Source: a virus
Length of the DNA: 64,000 nucleotides
Reading direction: 5' to 3' (one strand)
Virus record (IMG/VR): IMGVR_UViG_3300049979_000188
Every line of letters begins with the position of its first letter. The stretch's first letter is position 1. The notes beneath the pieces were generated by a model, which ran no database searches, had not been told where the DNA came from, and saw nothing but the letters and a program-made list of their open reading frames with translations. Positions 63,673 to 64,000 of this stretch are shown here, in pieces. Made by a program: the position numbers and the translations under genes.

Positions 63673-64000
63673 TTAAATGACTACTTTAAGGATGCGTTTG
63701 AATTTGCCGCTTACCCGGACGTAAAACGCGTTACGCTGGGTGGTGGAAAAGCCCAGGCCGCTGAATTCCTCCGCGCTCGGGGCCACCCGCAGCTTGCCGG
63801 CCAGGGTTTCGAAGACCTTGCCGTGCTTGGCCAGCTCGGGCTTTAGGTACTCATTAAAGAAGCCCCGCACCAGGCCCGTGTTGCGGGCACCTTCGAGCAT
63901 GAAGAAGAAGTGCTTGTTGCCCTTGCCTTGCTCGCCCCAGTAATTGGGGGAAGGCAGGATGGCCTTTACCTTTTGGAAGGTATTGGTTTTGAGCCCCCAG
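63673..64000 (-). CDS. Conserved phage protein, C-terminal part (5'-truncated by window edge)
   Basis: Frame open to the edge: SPNYW...GNKHFFF.L...RGFFNEYL...H.KVFE.L...SGLGFSTT. Confidence 0.7.
   Translation of the reverse strand, partial: WGLKTNTFQKVKAILPSPNYWGEQGKGNKHFFFMLEGARNTGLVRGFFNEYLKPELAKHGKVFETLAGKLRVAPSAEEFSGLGFSTTQRNAFYVRVSGKFKRILKVVI

Noticed and set aside
1-64000. Stop-codon recoding (TAG or TGA) as in some Bacteroidota phages
   Set aside because: Conserved genes are full length in code 11 and end normally at TAG, TGA and TAA.
1-64000. CRISPR arrays, tRNA or rRNA genes
   Set aside because: No regularly spaced repeats and no T-loop/cloverleaf signatures seen by eye. tRNAscan-SE and a CRISPR finder would confirm.

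Overview
This 64-kb window looks like part of a large (jumbo-type) tailed myophage genome in genetic code 11, about 55-60% GC by eye. A Bacteroidota host is inferred from recurrent TAnnTTTG (-7) promoter elements, no visible Shine-Dalgarno motifs and pyrimidine-rich leaders. The GC level would fit a Hymenobacter/Cytophagales-like host. The window holds tail, baseplate and neck genes and a replication set: family-B DNA polymerase, primase, SNF2 helicase, RuvC-like resolvase and a fused SbcD-SbcC nuclease. It also carries three sigma-like factors, two glycosyltransferases, RNA end-healing and sealing enzymes, and a long accessory region. Highlights: (1) A NARP1-type NAD+ reconstitution pair (Prs-like Adps plus Nampt-like Namat). 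The Namat gene is cut into two separately initiated ORFs by an HNH endonuclease that leaves no room for an intron core. (2) A repeated design in which a promoter motif abuts the 5' arm of a hairpin ending just before the start codon, seen at polB, sigma70, a kinase and a late gene. (3) A late-motif (TATTTA) protein with an ADP-ribosyltransferase-like domain, and a late kinase, both candidate injected effectors. (4) A transposase-less IS200/IS605 TnpB element with intact ends. (5) A baseplate wedge gene broken by a frameshift. No tRNAs, rRNAs or CRISPR arrays were seen. All family assignments come from motif recognition by eye, without database searches.
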